Shown here in pieces: positions 18,003 through 27,668 of a stretch of 64,000 bases of DNA. This DNA is from a virus, in the IMG/VR virus record IMGVR_UViG_3300022751_000017, positions 1 to 64,000 of that record; one strand, 5' to 3'. The notes beneath the pieces were generated by a model. The model was not told the origin of the DNA and ran no database searches. It worked only from the letters and a program-made list of their open reading frames with translations. Each line of letters opens with the position of its first letter. The stretch's first letter is position 1. Both the position numbers and the translations under genes were made by a program.

Positions 18003-18296
18003 GTGATGGCAAAGACAACCCATAAGCAACCTGCAATCCGTACTGGAGGAGATGGCTTGTCTCCGTACCCATCAAAAATAGATAGAGAAGAAAAGAGAGA
18101 TGGCGCATGCTATGAACTTACTTTACCTCTTGACATTGAGCGCATACCCAGGATAATAGGTGTAGGAGGTAAACTCAGGGAATGCCTTGATGGTTTCTTC
18201 TCTGTATATGATGAGCGCGGAGGTGTTACCTTCTTCAGGGTGGGTCCGCAGATAATAGATCAGCTGAAATTAGAAAACAAAATAATTAAAATTTAA
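18003..18296 (+). CDS. hypothetical protein
   Basis: 97-aa ORF. Confidence 0.55.
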   Translation: MMAKTTHKQPAIRTGGDGLSPYPSKIDREEKRDGACYELTLPLDIERIPRIIGVGGKLRECLDGFFSVYDERGGVTFFRVGPQIIDQLKLENKIIKI

Positions 18297-18312
18297 AAAC
18301 TCCACACACAAC

Positions 18313-18831
18313 ATGGAATTTGCTAAAATGAGTAAGGGCACCACCTATAACTTGAAGGTGACCAAAATAACTGAAAACGTCAAGTCTATAAATACCAGGA
18401 GTGGCACGCGATACAGGCATGACATAGAGGGTATAGATACAGGAACAGGCTTCAAGTATAAGTGTGAGTATCTTACCCGGGAGACAACCCAAGATCAGTT
18501 CGCACTACACTGCTATTCCAAAGTAAGGTGCATCAGTGATTATGCTGAAGGAGATACCATAGAGCCATGCACGCTTGAGGTATGTGATAGTCCTGCAAGT
18601 AGAGATCGGAAACTTCCAGCCTTCCATGGAGATGATCCGGCACCATCTGCCAAGTCTGTAAACGTTTCTGGATTGAGTACTACATTTGCGCATGCATATG
18701 CTAAGGATATACTGGTGGCAGAGATGTCCAGGTGGCATCCAGCAAGGGCAGTAACACCTGAAGATATAGCCCGTATGAATCTGAATGCGGAAATGATAAA
18801 CGCATCTATTGTCAGCAGTATAATTTTCTAA
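18313..18831 (+). CDS. hypothetical protein, possible OB-fold ssDNA-binding
   Basis: beta-rich N-terminus, linker and helical C-terminus; function speculative. Confidence 0.5.
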   Translation: MEFAKMSKGTTYNLKVTKITENVKSINTRSGTRYRHDIEGIDTGTGFKYKCEYLTRETTQDQFALHCYSKVRCISDYAEGDTIEPCTLEVCDSPASRDRKLPAFHGDDPAPSAKSVNVSGLSTTFAHAYAKDILVAEMSRWHPARAVTPEDIARMNLNAEMINASIVSSIIF

Positions 18832-18836
18832 AGCTT

Positions 18837-19007
18837 ATGAAAGAGATAAAGAGGTTATTTGTATATATATGGCAGCACATGTGGTTTAGTCATTGTGATT
18901 TATGTGATAAGCGCAGTAGTAGAGAATATATCATAGAATATAGTGGAATTGGGATCAATTTATGTCCTGAATGTTACGCTAAAGAAATGAAAGATAATGG
19001 GAAATAG
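18837..19007 (+). CDS. small Zn-finger protein (absent from the ORF track)
   Basis: 56 aa; CDLC...CPEC. Confidence 0.55.
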   Translation: MKEIKRLFVYIWQHMWFSHCDLCDKRSSREYIIEYSGIGINLCPECYAKEMKDNGK

Positions 19008-19839
19008 GCGCTATCATATACACATACCCTCATTCTCGGAATATGCATACCGCATGCTAATGGGTTTATCTGAGCAGCAGAAACTTCAGCTACATGAGGA
19101 CGAACAAAAAATCGTATCCTCTGCCAGGAACATAAGTAAGTTCACAGCACATGAGCCATTTGAGAAGATACTTCTGCTACTTACTAAGGTAGGATACGAG
19201 TGGGTGCTGCTTATGGGGCCTACAAAAGAGGCTATAGAGCAGGTGCACTTCGCCACATTCAACCAGTACGATTTTGAATCCAAGAGAGTAGATGCAATAA
19301 ATGCTGCAGCAAGAGAGCGTGTGTGCGCAGCATCCAGTCACCAGGTAATGCTTACGGCACATATGTGTGCACAGAACTGCCAGACCAGTGTATATAACCT
19401 CTCTCAGTACAGTAAGGACCTGGTAAAGGCCGGACGAAGCTTCAATAAAATGAAGACCACGGACGAAGAGTTGCAGGAAGCTACGGAGTCTTATCAGTAC
19501 ATGAATAGAGTGCTCTGCGCACAATTAAATAGCATGGACTGGGCGCTCAACACGCTGGGACTGGATCAGCAGGAGTTAAGGATATTATCTATCCTTTTTG
19601 ATAAGCAGACCAGCGCGCGGTCGCAGCAGGAAATATCGGAAGGAGCTCAACTGAAGGGGAAGAAGGCCTACCTGAAAAAATATCTGGATAAACTACAGGC
19701 AGATGGGCTCATAACCAGTGACAAGGATAACTCCGGGCGCATAAAGACCCGTAATCACTACTACTTAATAACCGGTAAGGGGATTGAGAAGATGATGAAG
19801 TATAGGTTGTATATTCACAAAAAAACTTTCAATAAGTAA
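18997..19839 (+). CDS. protein with C-terminal MarR-type winged HTH
   Basis: QELRILSIL...SQQEISE...YLDKLQADGLI...YLITGKG. Confidence 0.7.
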   Translation: MGNRRYHIHIPSFSEYAYRMLMGLSEQQKLQLHEDEQKIVSSARNISKFTAHEPFEKILLLLTKVGYEWVLLMGPTKEAIEQVHFATFNQYDFESKRVDAINAAARERVCAASSHQVMLTAHMCAQNCQTSVYNLSQYSKDLVKAGRSFNKMKTTDEELQEATESYQYMNRVLCAQLNSMDWALNTLGLDQQELRILSILFDKQTSARSQQEISEGAQLKGKKAYLKKYLDKLQADGLITSDKDNSGRIKTRNHYYLITGKGIEKMMKYRLYIHKKTFNK

Positions 19840-19845
19840 ATCGCT

Positions 19846-20001
19846 ATGAAATATTACTATGCATTAATTATCGCTATTGCCATTTGTTATTTATTAATCC
19901 AAATATTCAATCATGTTGATCCATGGATTGCGATTTTACTTCTCGTTGTTATAATAGGTTTTATTATTAAATTCATCATAAACAAAACAAAAAATAAATG
20001 A
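19846..20001 (+). CDS. small 2-TM membrane protein (absent from the ORF track)
   Basis: 51 aa, hydrophobic; ATGA overlap with the SPFH gene. Confidence 0.6.
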   Translation: MKYYYALIIAIAICYLLIQIFNHVDPWIAILLLVVIIGFIIKFIINKTKNK

Positions 20002-20786
20002 AAAAAACAATCATGGCGCTACTTAGCGCATGCGTATTGCTCGCATCATGCGAAAGGGTAGCCCCGAATTATCAAGGTGTTCTTATGGAAAATTACGGCA
20101 AGTCGGGTAAGTCTGATTTTAGCTTGCAAAAAGGACGTGTGTGGACCGCCGGGTTTGGGAAGGAGTTGTTCCAAGTCCCATTGTGGGAACAGAGGGGAAA
20201 TTACGGAGATCAAGTGCTAAGGCTTAAGGCTTCGGATAATACTGAGTTCAGTGCAAAACCGATATATTCTTTCAAGGTTATTGAAAGCAGAGCTATTGAT
20301 GTTGTATTTGAAAATAAACAGCTTGGCGCAGGGGAGGACTTCATACAGTCATTAGAGGATAATATTTTGGAGAATAAAATATACGATTTGATGAAGGAAG
20401 AAAGCAGGAAGTACACGACCGATACACTTATGGCTAATGGCGGGTCCTTGCGTTTTGAGGAAACCGTACAATTGCTAGTGCGGAAGGCATTCTCAGAAAA
20501 AGGGTTAGATCTTATGACATTCTCCTGTCAACTAGATTTTAGCGACAAGGTGAAGGCCCGGATAGATACAAGGAATGAAGTAAATACTAATGTCACCGTT
20601 ATTGACCAACAGATAATTGAGCAGCGCAAGAAAAATGAACTTGCTGCATTGCAGCGCGATTACAATAAAATACTTAGCGAGGGAATTACCCCTCAGTTGC
20701 TGCAGCAGCAGTTCATCGAAAAATGGGATGGTCATACTGCCATTTACGGAAGTGCCCCATTTTTTATAAAAGATATAAAACAATAA
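19998..20786 (+). CDS. SPFH/band-7 domain lipoprotein
   Basis: lipobox LLASC; ERVAPNYQGV...ITPQLLQQQFIEKWDG. Confidence 0.85.
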   Translation: MKKTIMALLSACVLLASCERVAPNYQGVLMENYGKSGKSDFSLQKGRVWTAGFGKELFQVPLWEQRGNYGDQVLRLKASDNTEFSAKPIYSFKVIESRAIDVVFENKQLGAGEDFIQSLEDNILENKIYDLMKEESRKYTTDTLMANGGSLRFEETVQLLVRKAFSEKGLDLMTFSCQLDFSDKVKARIDTRNEVNTNVTVIDQQIIEQRKKNELAALQRDYNKILSEGITPQLLQQQFIEKWDGHTAIYGSAPFFIKDIKQ

Positions 20787-20858
20787 GTTCAAGGTGCGTG
20801 GTGCAGGGTTGATTATATCCTGCACCACGCATATTTTGTATTTAATAAAAACATTCTG

Positions 20859-21884
20859 ATGAGCGCACAAGAACTACCATTTATCCTTGAAGACATAGTA
20901 GCTTCAAGAGAGACAATAAGAGCCACTTCAAAGAATTCAGATGCATTACGTAAGGTGCAGCTGAGGAGTATCCGTATCCGACCATGCTTCAATGCCCGGC
21001 GCCAAGGGTTCCACACAGAGCATATGTGGGAACTGCTGTTAGGTATACCAGACCTGGCAGAGGCTATCTTTCAGAACAATGGCCCTGCTACTCCTTTGCT
21101 GGGCGATATAACTGTAGATGGTGTATTCTACCAGACAGATGGAGAGCGCCGCATACGTGCCCTACGACACCTCATAAGAGAGGGTAAAACAGTGTACCCT
21201 AATGGAGATTCAGTAGATGAAGTGCTGGTACTGCTGAACCCAAGAAATACCACAGACCTGGAGCGCAAGAGAAAGGTGCTTACCACGGAAGATAACCTGA
21301 AGCTGCGTCCTATGGACAAAGCCTGGTTTTACAAGTCCTTTGAGACAGAAGGTGCTGGCATGACCCATGATGAGATAGCCAAGTTCCTCAATGTTTCCCG
21401 GCAATCAGTAGACAACTACATCCAAGCCTCGGAGCTTTCTCAGGAGGTGCAGGATAAGATAGACTGCGGAGAGATTACTATGACCAAGGCCCTGGCTGAT
21501 TACCGCGAAGCAAACCCTAAGCGTAAAACAAAGCTGGTAGAGGTAGATATAGAGTCTGGCGAAGTACTGGAGCAAAAGAAGCCAGAAGAAAAAGTCATGA
21601 ATGGTGACGAAGATGAATTCTTGGACCAGCAGGATAACAGCATATCATCTGCCGGTACGAAAGGTGGTCCAAAGGAAGGCGGCAGCGGAGAAGTAGTGAT
21701 CGGCAAGGATAGCATATACATGGATGGTCAGAAGCTGGCGCTGTGGAAGCAATTCGTAAACCGGTACGAGAAACTAAAGACCGAGATAATAATGGGCGCC
21801 ACACTAGAAAATGGGCACTTGCTGAAAGTTGACGACATGCTTGCGGAGAGGCTGAAAAATGAGTATAATTTAACCGTAAAATAA
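20859..21884 (+). CDS. ParB/Spo0J-like protein
   Basis: FNARR...DGERRIRA, then HTH THDEIAKFLNVSRQSVDNY. Confidence 0.8.
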   Translation: MSAQELPFILEDIVASRETIRATSKNSDALRKVQLRSIRIRPCFNARRQGFHTEHMWELLLGIPDLAEAIFQNNGPATPLLGDITVDGVFYQTDGERRIRALRHLIREGKTVYPNGDSVDEVLVLLNPRNTTDLERKRKVLTTEDNLKLRPMDKAWFYKSFETEGAGMTHDEIAKFLNVSRQSVDNYIQASELSQEVQDKIDCGEITMTKALADYREANPKRKTKLVEVDIESGEVLEQKKPEEKVMNGDEDEFLDQQDNSISSAGTKGGPKEGGSGEVVIGKDSIYMDGQKLALWKQFVNRYEKLKTEIIMGATLENGHLLKVDDMLAERLKNEYNLTVK

Positions 21885-21889
21885 AAACC

Positions 21890-22324
21890 ATGAACACATT
21901 TTCATTGAACATTATTACCCTGCAGCATCCGGACGGCAGCTACATATCATCATCCCCTCAATTATTGGATACTGAGGCATCTGGAGTTACAAAAGAAGAG
22001 TCCATAGAGCAATATAAAAAGCTTATCCCTTCTCTTATGCTGGATAAAAGAAATGACATGATCCAGTACCTTACTAAAGAAGGAATAGAGTTTGATATAA
22101 CGAGCATACCTTGCGTACTTAATGAAGTGGTAGCAGCATCTGTATCCAGTGATAGCACAGTAGATGTCTCACGTAAGCTTGAGATACTGCATCTGTATCA
22201 AAGAGTAGGCTACCCACAGGCAGAGCTATCGCTCTCCAGGCATTGTGAGCTACAGTATCTGGGAATGATAAAGGATATAGAACTCGACAAGGAAAAGCTC
22301 AGGCTTGAGCAGAAAATAAGATAA
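21890..22324 (+). CDS. HicB-like N-terminal domain protein
   Basis: DGSYISSSPQL...ASGVTKEESIE. Confidence 0.55.
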   Translation: MNTFSLNIITLQHPDGSYISSSPQLLDTEASGVTKEESIEQYKKLIPSLMLDKRNDMIQYLTKEGIEFDITSIPCVLNEVVAASVSSDSTVDVSRKLEILHLYQRVGYPQAELSLSRHCELQYLGMIKDIELDKEKLRLEQKIR

Positions 22325-22364
22325 TTTCACACAACAGAACACCGGTCAGGGCCGGATATATTTT

Positions 22365-22634
22365 ATGGAAACTAACCAAGACAAGACATCTGCACAATTA
22401 CATGGTAAAAAATTGATTGATTCAGTACAATATGAGGCTGAGGCGAGAGATTCCAGTATCCGTAAATCTTGCGAAGAAATGGCTAAAGAAAACGGATTTT
22501 CTGAAGATTTTGCCAGGGCGTGATATGCTTGGAGAATGTTTATCAGAACCAGCATACCAGGTAAGATTGATTATGAAGGCTTGAAGCAGCGATGGCTTAA
22601 GATTAAAGAATTAGGTGAGTTAAATCATGGTTGA
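22365..22634 (+). pseudogene. 89-codon ORF with internal TGA
   Basis: ...EDFARA*YAWRMF...; TGA at 22521-22523 and the frame continues to 22634. Confidence 0.5.
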
Positions 22635-22657
22635 TTTTCGGTTTGTTAAAATAGAGG

Positions 22658-22684
22658 GCTGCATGTTTCTACATGCAGCTTTTT
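22658..22684 (+). terminator. intrinsic terminator ending the rightward early operon
   Basis: GCTGCATGT-TTCT-ACATGCAGC followed by TTTTT. Confidence 0.75.
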
Positions 22685-22699
22685 ATTGTACAAATAGTG

Positions 22700-22725
22700 T
22701 AATTTTAACCCATTGGCGGAATTAA
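22700..22725 (+). repeat. left inverted repeat TAATTTTAACCCATTGGCGGAATTAA
   Basis: exact reverse complement of 30880-30905. Confidence 0.92.
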
Positions 22726-23042
22726 TCCCCGCTGGCAGGTGTTTATGAAAATGGATATACTTTCAACTTGGAGTGGTATCATCGCAAATTTATCCCCGGT
22801 ACATCCTGGAATTGTTCCGTTAGATATTTTTTCCAGACCCCGTCAAGAAGATAGTGATTTGAAATCATTGCATAAAAATTCTGACGAACTAGACTCGGAT
22901 AAGAAGCAGAAACTTGTTGAACAGCTATGGGGTCTTCAGAACCGACGATTTTCAGAAGGAGTGTAAGAAGCGTTTTCTGAGCCTCCACCTGAGCCTATCG
23001 CTTTTCCGTTTCCTTCTCTCCCAATATTGAAAAATAATTGAA

Positions 23043-23228
23043 ATGCAGCATCAATCAATTTTAGATAAAATAGATGTCCCGGAAACACTCATGGACATGA
23101 ATTTGCGGCTGAATATCATTCAGCTTATGTCTGATCCCTCAACAGATAAAGAACGTCAGCGCAGCAACATAAGAGTTGCACAGAAGTATCTGGCATCTTT
23201 ATCTAAATCTAAGTTGTTGAAGGATTAA
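23043..23228 (+). CDS. small hypothetical protein
   Basis: 61-aa ORF with A-rich start. Confidence 0.4.
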   Translation: MQHQSILDKIDVPETLMDMNLRLNIIQLMSDPSTDKERQRSNIRVAQKYLASLSKSKLLKD

Positions 23229-23466
23229 TCTTGCTTGATAATTATGGTGGGTGACTTACCCATTTACACGCAAGTCGCACTATTTAAATAAAACAGTATA
23301 TTTGAATATGAAAAAGTCTAAGATAACCATTGACCCGGATTTACCTCATAACCATATTTTATTTGTCCCTCTTGATCTACATGTGAACGTAGAGGAACGC
23401 TCAGAAGGTTTGCGCCGCCTTTTAAATCACCTCTTCCAAATAAAACCAATAGTATGAAAAAAAATG

Positions 23467-23847
23467 TCAAAACAGGACCAGGTCATCATCCACGGGAAAC
23501 CCATATTTCAGAGATACATCTGCCTGAACGTATTGACGCAAAGAAACTGATAGAAGACTTACGCCCATTCTTAAATTCGTGGATGAAGAAAGCACGACAG
23601 TAAAATTATCATCTCTAACTCTAGCCTCAAATAAATCTAGGTCTATTTTATTTGCACCTTGGGTTTGAATGAATGTCGTTAAGATTTCTCTAAACTCATC
23701 TATCTCATTAACCGGAACTGGGTTAATAGTGATTACATCGTAAATAAATCCATTTTCAGTATATTTAAATTGGCTTCCTATAAGGTGATTAAAAGATTGA
23801 CATACCTTTAATGCCTCTGCGTGAGGTAAGTATATTTCTGCTCCCAT
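23467..23847 (-). CDS. hypothetical protein (island cargo)
   Basis: 126-aa ORF. Confidence 0.6.
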   Translation of the reverse strand: MGAEIYLPHAEALKVCQSFNHLIGSQFKYTENGFIYDVITINPVPVNEIDEFREILTTFIQTQGANKIDLDLFEARVRDDNFTVVLSSSTNLRMGVSLLSVSLRQYVQADVSLKYGFPVDDDLVLF

Positions 23848-23880
23848 GTTATTACATTTTGATTAGACACCATAAATGTA

Positions 23881-23911
23881 AAAAAGGTTCACTCTTCTAG
23901 TGAACCTTTTT
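23881..23911. terminator. bidirectional terminator-like hairpin
   Basis: AAAAAGGTTCACT-CTTCT-AGTGAACCTTTTT. Confidence 0.65.
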
Positions 23912-24005
23912 ATTTTTCCTGCAATAAATCACCGACTTATACGCACTAAAAACATTTTTATGTTTAAAGTTGAAAACTTTAAACTATTTGGTTTAATTTC
24001 ACAAA

Positions 24006-24194
24006 ATGAAAACAAATAAACCGGACATAGACAAGCTCCGAACTATTAAAAACTATGCTGTCAAAGAGGGGGTCACCCCGGCTTATATTTATAAGCTGAA
24101 CAAGGCCGAAAAAATGGAGATAGTATCAATTGACGGGGTGCAGTTCGTGGATACGGATCAGTATCCAACGCTACCTACCAGGAAGGATAAATAA
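24006..24194 (+). CDS. small Xis/MerR-like HTH DNA-binding protein
   Basis: TIKNYAVKEGVTPAYIYKL...IDGVQFVD. Confidence 0.7.
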   Translation: MKTNKPDIDKLRTIKNYAVKEGVTPAYIYKLNKAEKMEIVSIDGVQFVDTDQYPTLPTRKDK

Positions 24195-24316
24195 AAAGGC
24201 AAAAGCCCATCAAGTTTGGCGACCGAGGGCTTTTGCTAGTAAGAATGACAGGCTATAAACCCATCTTCTCTGCAGCAAATGTAGAGGAAATTTTGTATTG
24301 CTACAAGATTTTCGTA

Positions 24317-25228
24317 ATGCATTGCATCAAGTCAAATTTTGATAAAGTGATGTATGCCCTAAAAGTGGTTTTAGGCAACGATTTTCCTATTGGTGGCAAT
24401 TACCTGCGCAGGGAGCCTAAGCCTTTATTTACCGACATGGAAGTGATAGCACTTAGCCTTACTGCTGAAGCGATGAGCATAGATAGTGAGTGCTATCTGT
24501 TCGCCAAGTTACAAGCCAATTACAGCGCTGATTTTCCGCATCTCATCAGCCGGAGACAGTATAATGACCGAAGAAAGATATTGTTCGATGTGCAGGAGCA
24601 TGTACGCGCTAAGATGGCTGATACGCTCAATGATATAACGGAGGTTTATGTCATAGACAGCATGCCTTTGGAGATATGCAAGATATCCAGGATGGAGCGT
24701 AATAAAATGGGCAAGGAAGAAGAGTACAGCTGTCCTGATAAAGGGTACTGCGCATCTCAGGACAAGTGGTTCTACGGGTACAAGCTGCATGGGGTGTGTT
24801 CTCCATCCGGGGTGATGCAGACAATAGATCTTACACGCGCCTCAGTGCACGACAATAAGTATCTGTATGACGTAGCAAGTAACCTAAGTGATTGCCTTGT
24901 CGTAGGAGACAAAGGGTATATTACCAACAAGGATGATGCTAAATCGCTCTCAATAAAAGAGGCTGGCGTATGCATGGAGGTTCCTTACCGGGCCAACCAG
25001 AAGGATAAGAAACCGCAGATGTATGTCATGAAAAAAATAAGAAAAAGGATTGAGACGGTATTTTCTCAATTGTGCGATCAGTTCATGATACAGCGCAACT
25101 ACGCTAAATCATTTACAGGCTATAAGACCCGGATATTGGCTAAGGTAAGCAGCATGACCGTCCTGCAGTACCTCAATAAGTTTGTGAATAATAGGCCGGT
25201 GGGGAACTTAAAGTATGCGCTGATGTAA
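24317..25228 (+). CDS. IS982-family DDE transposase (intact)
   Basis: DMEVIALSLTAE..IDSE, SRRQYNDRR, VIDSMP, YGYKLH, VGDKGY, RKRIETVFSQLCDQFMI; start MHCIKSNF. Confidence 0.93.
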   Translation: MHCIKSNFDKVMYALKVVLGNDFPIGGNYLRREPKPLFTDMEVIALSLTAEAMSIDSECYLFAKLQANYSADFPHLISRRQYNDRRKILFDVQEHVRAKMADTLNDITEVYVIDSMPLEICKISRMERNKMGKEEEYSCPDKGYCASQDKWFYGYKLHGVCSPSGVMQTIDLTRASVHDNKYLYDVASNLSDCLVVGDKGYITNKDDAKSLSIKEAGVCMEVPYRANQKDKKPQMYVMKKIRKRIETVFSQLCDQFMIQRNYAKSFTGYKTRILAKVSSMTVLQYLNKFVNNRPVGNLKYALM

Positions 25229-25265
25229 ACTCCTGTTTAATGGGAATAGGATGCAGTGCCCAATA

Positions 25266-25484
25266 TCAGCACCCCATATACTTCATAGCGCTCCCTGGAT
25301 CAATCGTGGTGTGATAAGCCGCTCGGATGCAGCCAAAATAATCAAGCTCATTCGTTATAAGCTCATCGCCTCTCCATGCCTCGTAAAGCACACGGCCGGC
25401 TACATTCTTGCGCTTGAACGTGAAGTCTGCAACAATGTACACATCGGTTGTCGCGTTAAGGCGGGTCCAGGGGATTTCGAACAT
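25266..25484 (-). CDS. small hypothetical protein
   Basis: 72-aa ORF. Confidence 0.4.
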   Translation of the reverse strand: MFEIPWTRLNATTDVYIVADFTFKRKNVAGRVLYEAWRGDELITNELDYFGCIRAAYHTTIDPGSAMKYMGC

Positions 25485-25498
25485 GGGCGTTAAGGTAA

Positions 25499-25527
25499 AA
25501 AGGGTGCGGGGATTAGCCGCACCCTTT
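25499..25527. terminator. terminator hairpin
   Basis: AAAGGGTGCGG/CCGCACCCTTT. Confidence 0.65.
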
Positions 25528-25557
25528 ATTTGTGTATCCGATTCGGATATTTTAGTA

Positions 25558-25866
25558 TTAATTTTGTCTTGAATTTAAACTGTACTCTCCCTCAACCCAC
25601 CCCCTGTTACTTTTAAGCCAATCCATAAGTTCAGACAAAAACCCTAAATTAATTGCATGTGCGCTTGCCTGAAAGTATGAAACCTGACTATCTTCTATCT
25701 CTCTAATAATGATAAGGCGTTTATGCATAGGTTTGTTTCCTTTCTTTACATACATGGTAGTTCGCCCTACCTTCTGTTTACTTCCTTCTATGATGCTGTC
25801 GCATATATCCATTCTGCTTTCTATGAAAGACATATCTATAGTGGGGATGTAATTATCTTCTAGCAT
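25558..25866 (-). CDS. hypothetical protein, possible toxin partner of the HicB-like gene
   Basis: 102 aa; start overlaps the stop of 25860..26222. Confidence 0.5.
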   Translation of the reverse strand: MLEDNYIPTIDMSFIESRMDICDSIIEGSKQKVGRTTMYVKKGNKPMHKRLIIIREIEDSQVSYFQASAHAINLGFLSELMDWLKSNRGWVEGEYSLNSRQN

Positions 25867-26222
25867 TCTGCAAGTTCTAATTGTTCATAATATTGCTCGC
25901 CAGTCTCCATAATTTGCTCCATAACTGGACTACTTTCCATGAACTCCATCGAATTATTAATGGGCTTCCATCCAAGTGAAATAAGCTCAGTTTCTATTCC
26001 TGATCCGTATTTTTGCGAGGCTATAAAAAAGCATTTAAGTGCTTCGTCTACTGCTGAGTTTGTTTCTTCCTCTGCCTTGACATAGGTTTTAAGTCCAAAC
26101 AAGGGGATATTAATTGCAAGTGTGTTTTCTGAAATTTGCTTACGCCAGATGGGCATAACTACAGATATTTTCATGCTTTTATCTTCCCTTAAAACTTCTA
26201 TGCTGGCTTCTGTGTTTCCCAT
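25860..26222 (-). CDS. HicB-like protein
   Basis: LAINIPLFGLKTYVKAEEETNSAVDEALKCFF...LISLGWK. Confidence 0.55.
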   Translation of the reverse strand: MGNTEASIEVLREDKSMKISVVMPIWRKQISENTLAINIPLFGLKTYVKAEEETNSAVDEALKCFFIASQKYGSGIETELISLGWKPINNSMEFMESSPVMEQIMETGEQYYEQLELAEC

Positions 26223-26660
26223 AATAGGCTATTTAAGTTGGTTAGATATTTAGCAAACAAGTATAAATATCATACCTGCTATTTTGCTTTTCATTTCAAA
26301 AGTAGTTCGTTTTCTTGTAGTAACAAAGTTAAATAGCACAATGGCAATACATTTGTTTTATGACAATTCCAATAGTTTTCGAGCATTGTGCAAAACTTTA
26401 AAGCTATAACAATCATCATCCCATCAGGGATACTTTTTACATTAATAGCTAAAATCATAAGATATGGATATCAAGTAGCAAATGGAGTGCCACATGGCTG
26501 CGATACCTCTACGTGCTGCGATTGCCCGTTATGGTCTGTGAATGTTATGTCTATAATTGTGCGCATGCTATCATCGTATTCTGTCGGTGTCACAGTGTCT
26601 CAAACATGAACCAAAGATAAAAGTAGCCCTTGGTTTTATCAGGGCTATTTTTTTACATTT

Positions 26661-27095
26661 ATGTTGTCTAATCAAAATGTAACTATTATGGTAGAAATTA
26701 CCGAAGGTCATCTCATCAATTTGAAGGTTGATATGAATGATGCATTCATGGGTGCTACAACAAGAGAGCAGGTCACATTGTCCTATGATCTCATAGTTCC
26801 TCCATCGGAGCCGCAAAATGTAATTCTATATCTTACCTACTTTCAGTCAACGTCAAGCATAGAAGGTGATGACTTTGTCTTTAAACTTCAATCGGTATGG
26901 GAATATAAACTTTCTCCAAAACTTAACATCACACCAAAAGATGTTTATGAATGTGTTGTCAAAACTCAAAAGCATATGCAAGAAATATCTTCTGCTATCT
27001 TTTCAAAACAAAAATCATTTATTGAGATAAGAATTCCTGCTTTTGAACACGAAGTTGATGAAATATCTTCTTCGCTTCAGAGAATGATTGAGTAG
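26661..27095 (+). CDS. hypothetical protein, possible SecB-like fold
   Basis: 144 aa; beta-strands followed by a long helix and IPAF; fold call speculative. Confidence 0.45.
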   Translation: MLSNQNVTIMVEITEGHLINLKVDMNDAFMGATTREQVTLSYDLIVPPSEPQNVILYLTYFQSTSSIEGDDFVFKLQSVWEYKLSPKLNITPKDVYECVVKTQKHMQEISSAIFSKQKSFIEIRIPAFEHEVDEISSSLQRMIE

Positions 27096-27217
27096 TTTTT
27101 TCTTTTGGATATTTAACTACAACAATCATTGATTTCTTTTCTTTCCTGGGTATGGTTACCTTATTTTTCATGTTGATGGTTTTATTTGGGAGAGGGGGCA
27201 AAAATAGCTGTCAGAAT

Positions 27218-27427
27218 TTACAGTATGTGCTTTCTCAGTCGATCTATAAGACACATCCAATAATCATGGGATGCAGTTGCACCCTTTGCAAACAGTAGTG
27301 GATGCGGATTCTGGAGAGCTGGCGTATGGATTTGGGATAGTGACTTAGTTTGTACCGCTATTCCCATGGCGGATAGTTTACTTTCAGAAATAGTAATGTC
27401 AGATGCCGTCTTTAGTGTGCTTTGCAT
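27218..27427 (-). CDS. small hypothetical protein
   Basis: 69-aa ORF with A-rich start. Confidence 0.4.
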   Translation of the reverse strand: MQSTLKTASDITISESKLSAMGIAVQTKSLSQIHTPALQNPHPLLFAKGATASHDYWMCLIDRLRKHIL

Positions 27428-27668
27428 AACAAAAATGTTTTAAATTTGTGATGCAATTTTATTTAAAGCGAAAAACCTCCCCACCTGCTAAGTGGGGTTT
27501 TTCGTTTGTGGCTTAAAGGTAATCATATTTAAAAATACTTTTCAGTTTTTCACCTGTATAAAAATGTGAGAAATATTTTTAGCTTTGCAAATTACCTTTT
27601 AAAATGCTATACGTATGAATATATAAAAAACATTGGCGACTTTTATCTTTTATACGCTTTTCCCTAAA

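Noticed and set aside
7521-22523. Genome-wide TGA recoding suggested by two in-frame TGAs
   Set aside because: The two sites imply different residues (Arg versus probably Trp), many genes end in TGA with ATGA overlaps, and long genes are uninterrupted in code 11.
24255-25250. Conventional 1-kb IS982 with IRs adjacent to the transposase
   Set aside because: Only ACCCAT upstream and AATGGG downstream are seen; no convincing IR pair or target duplication, at most decayed ends.
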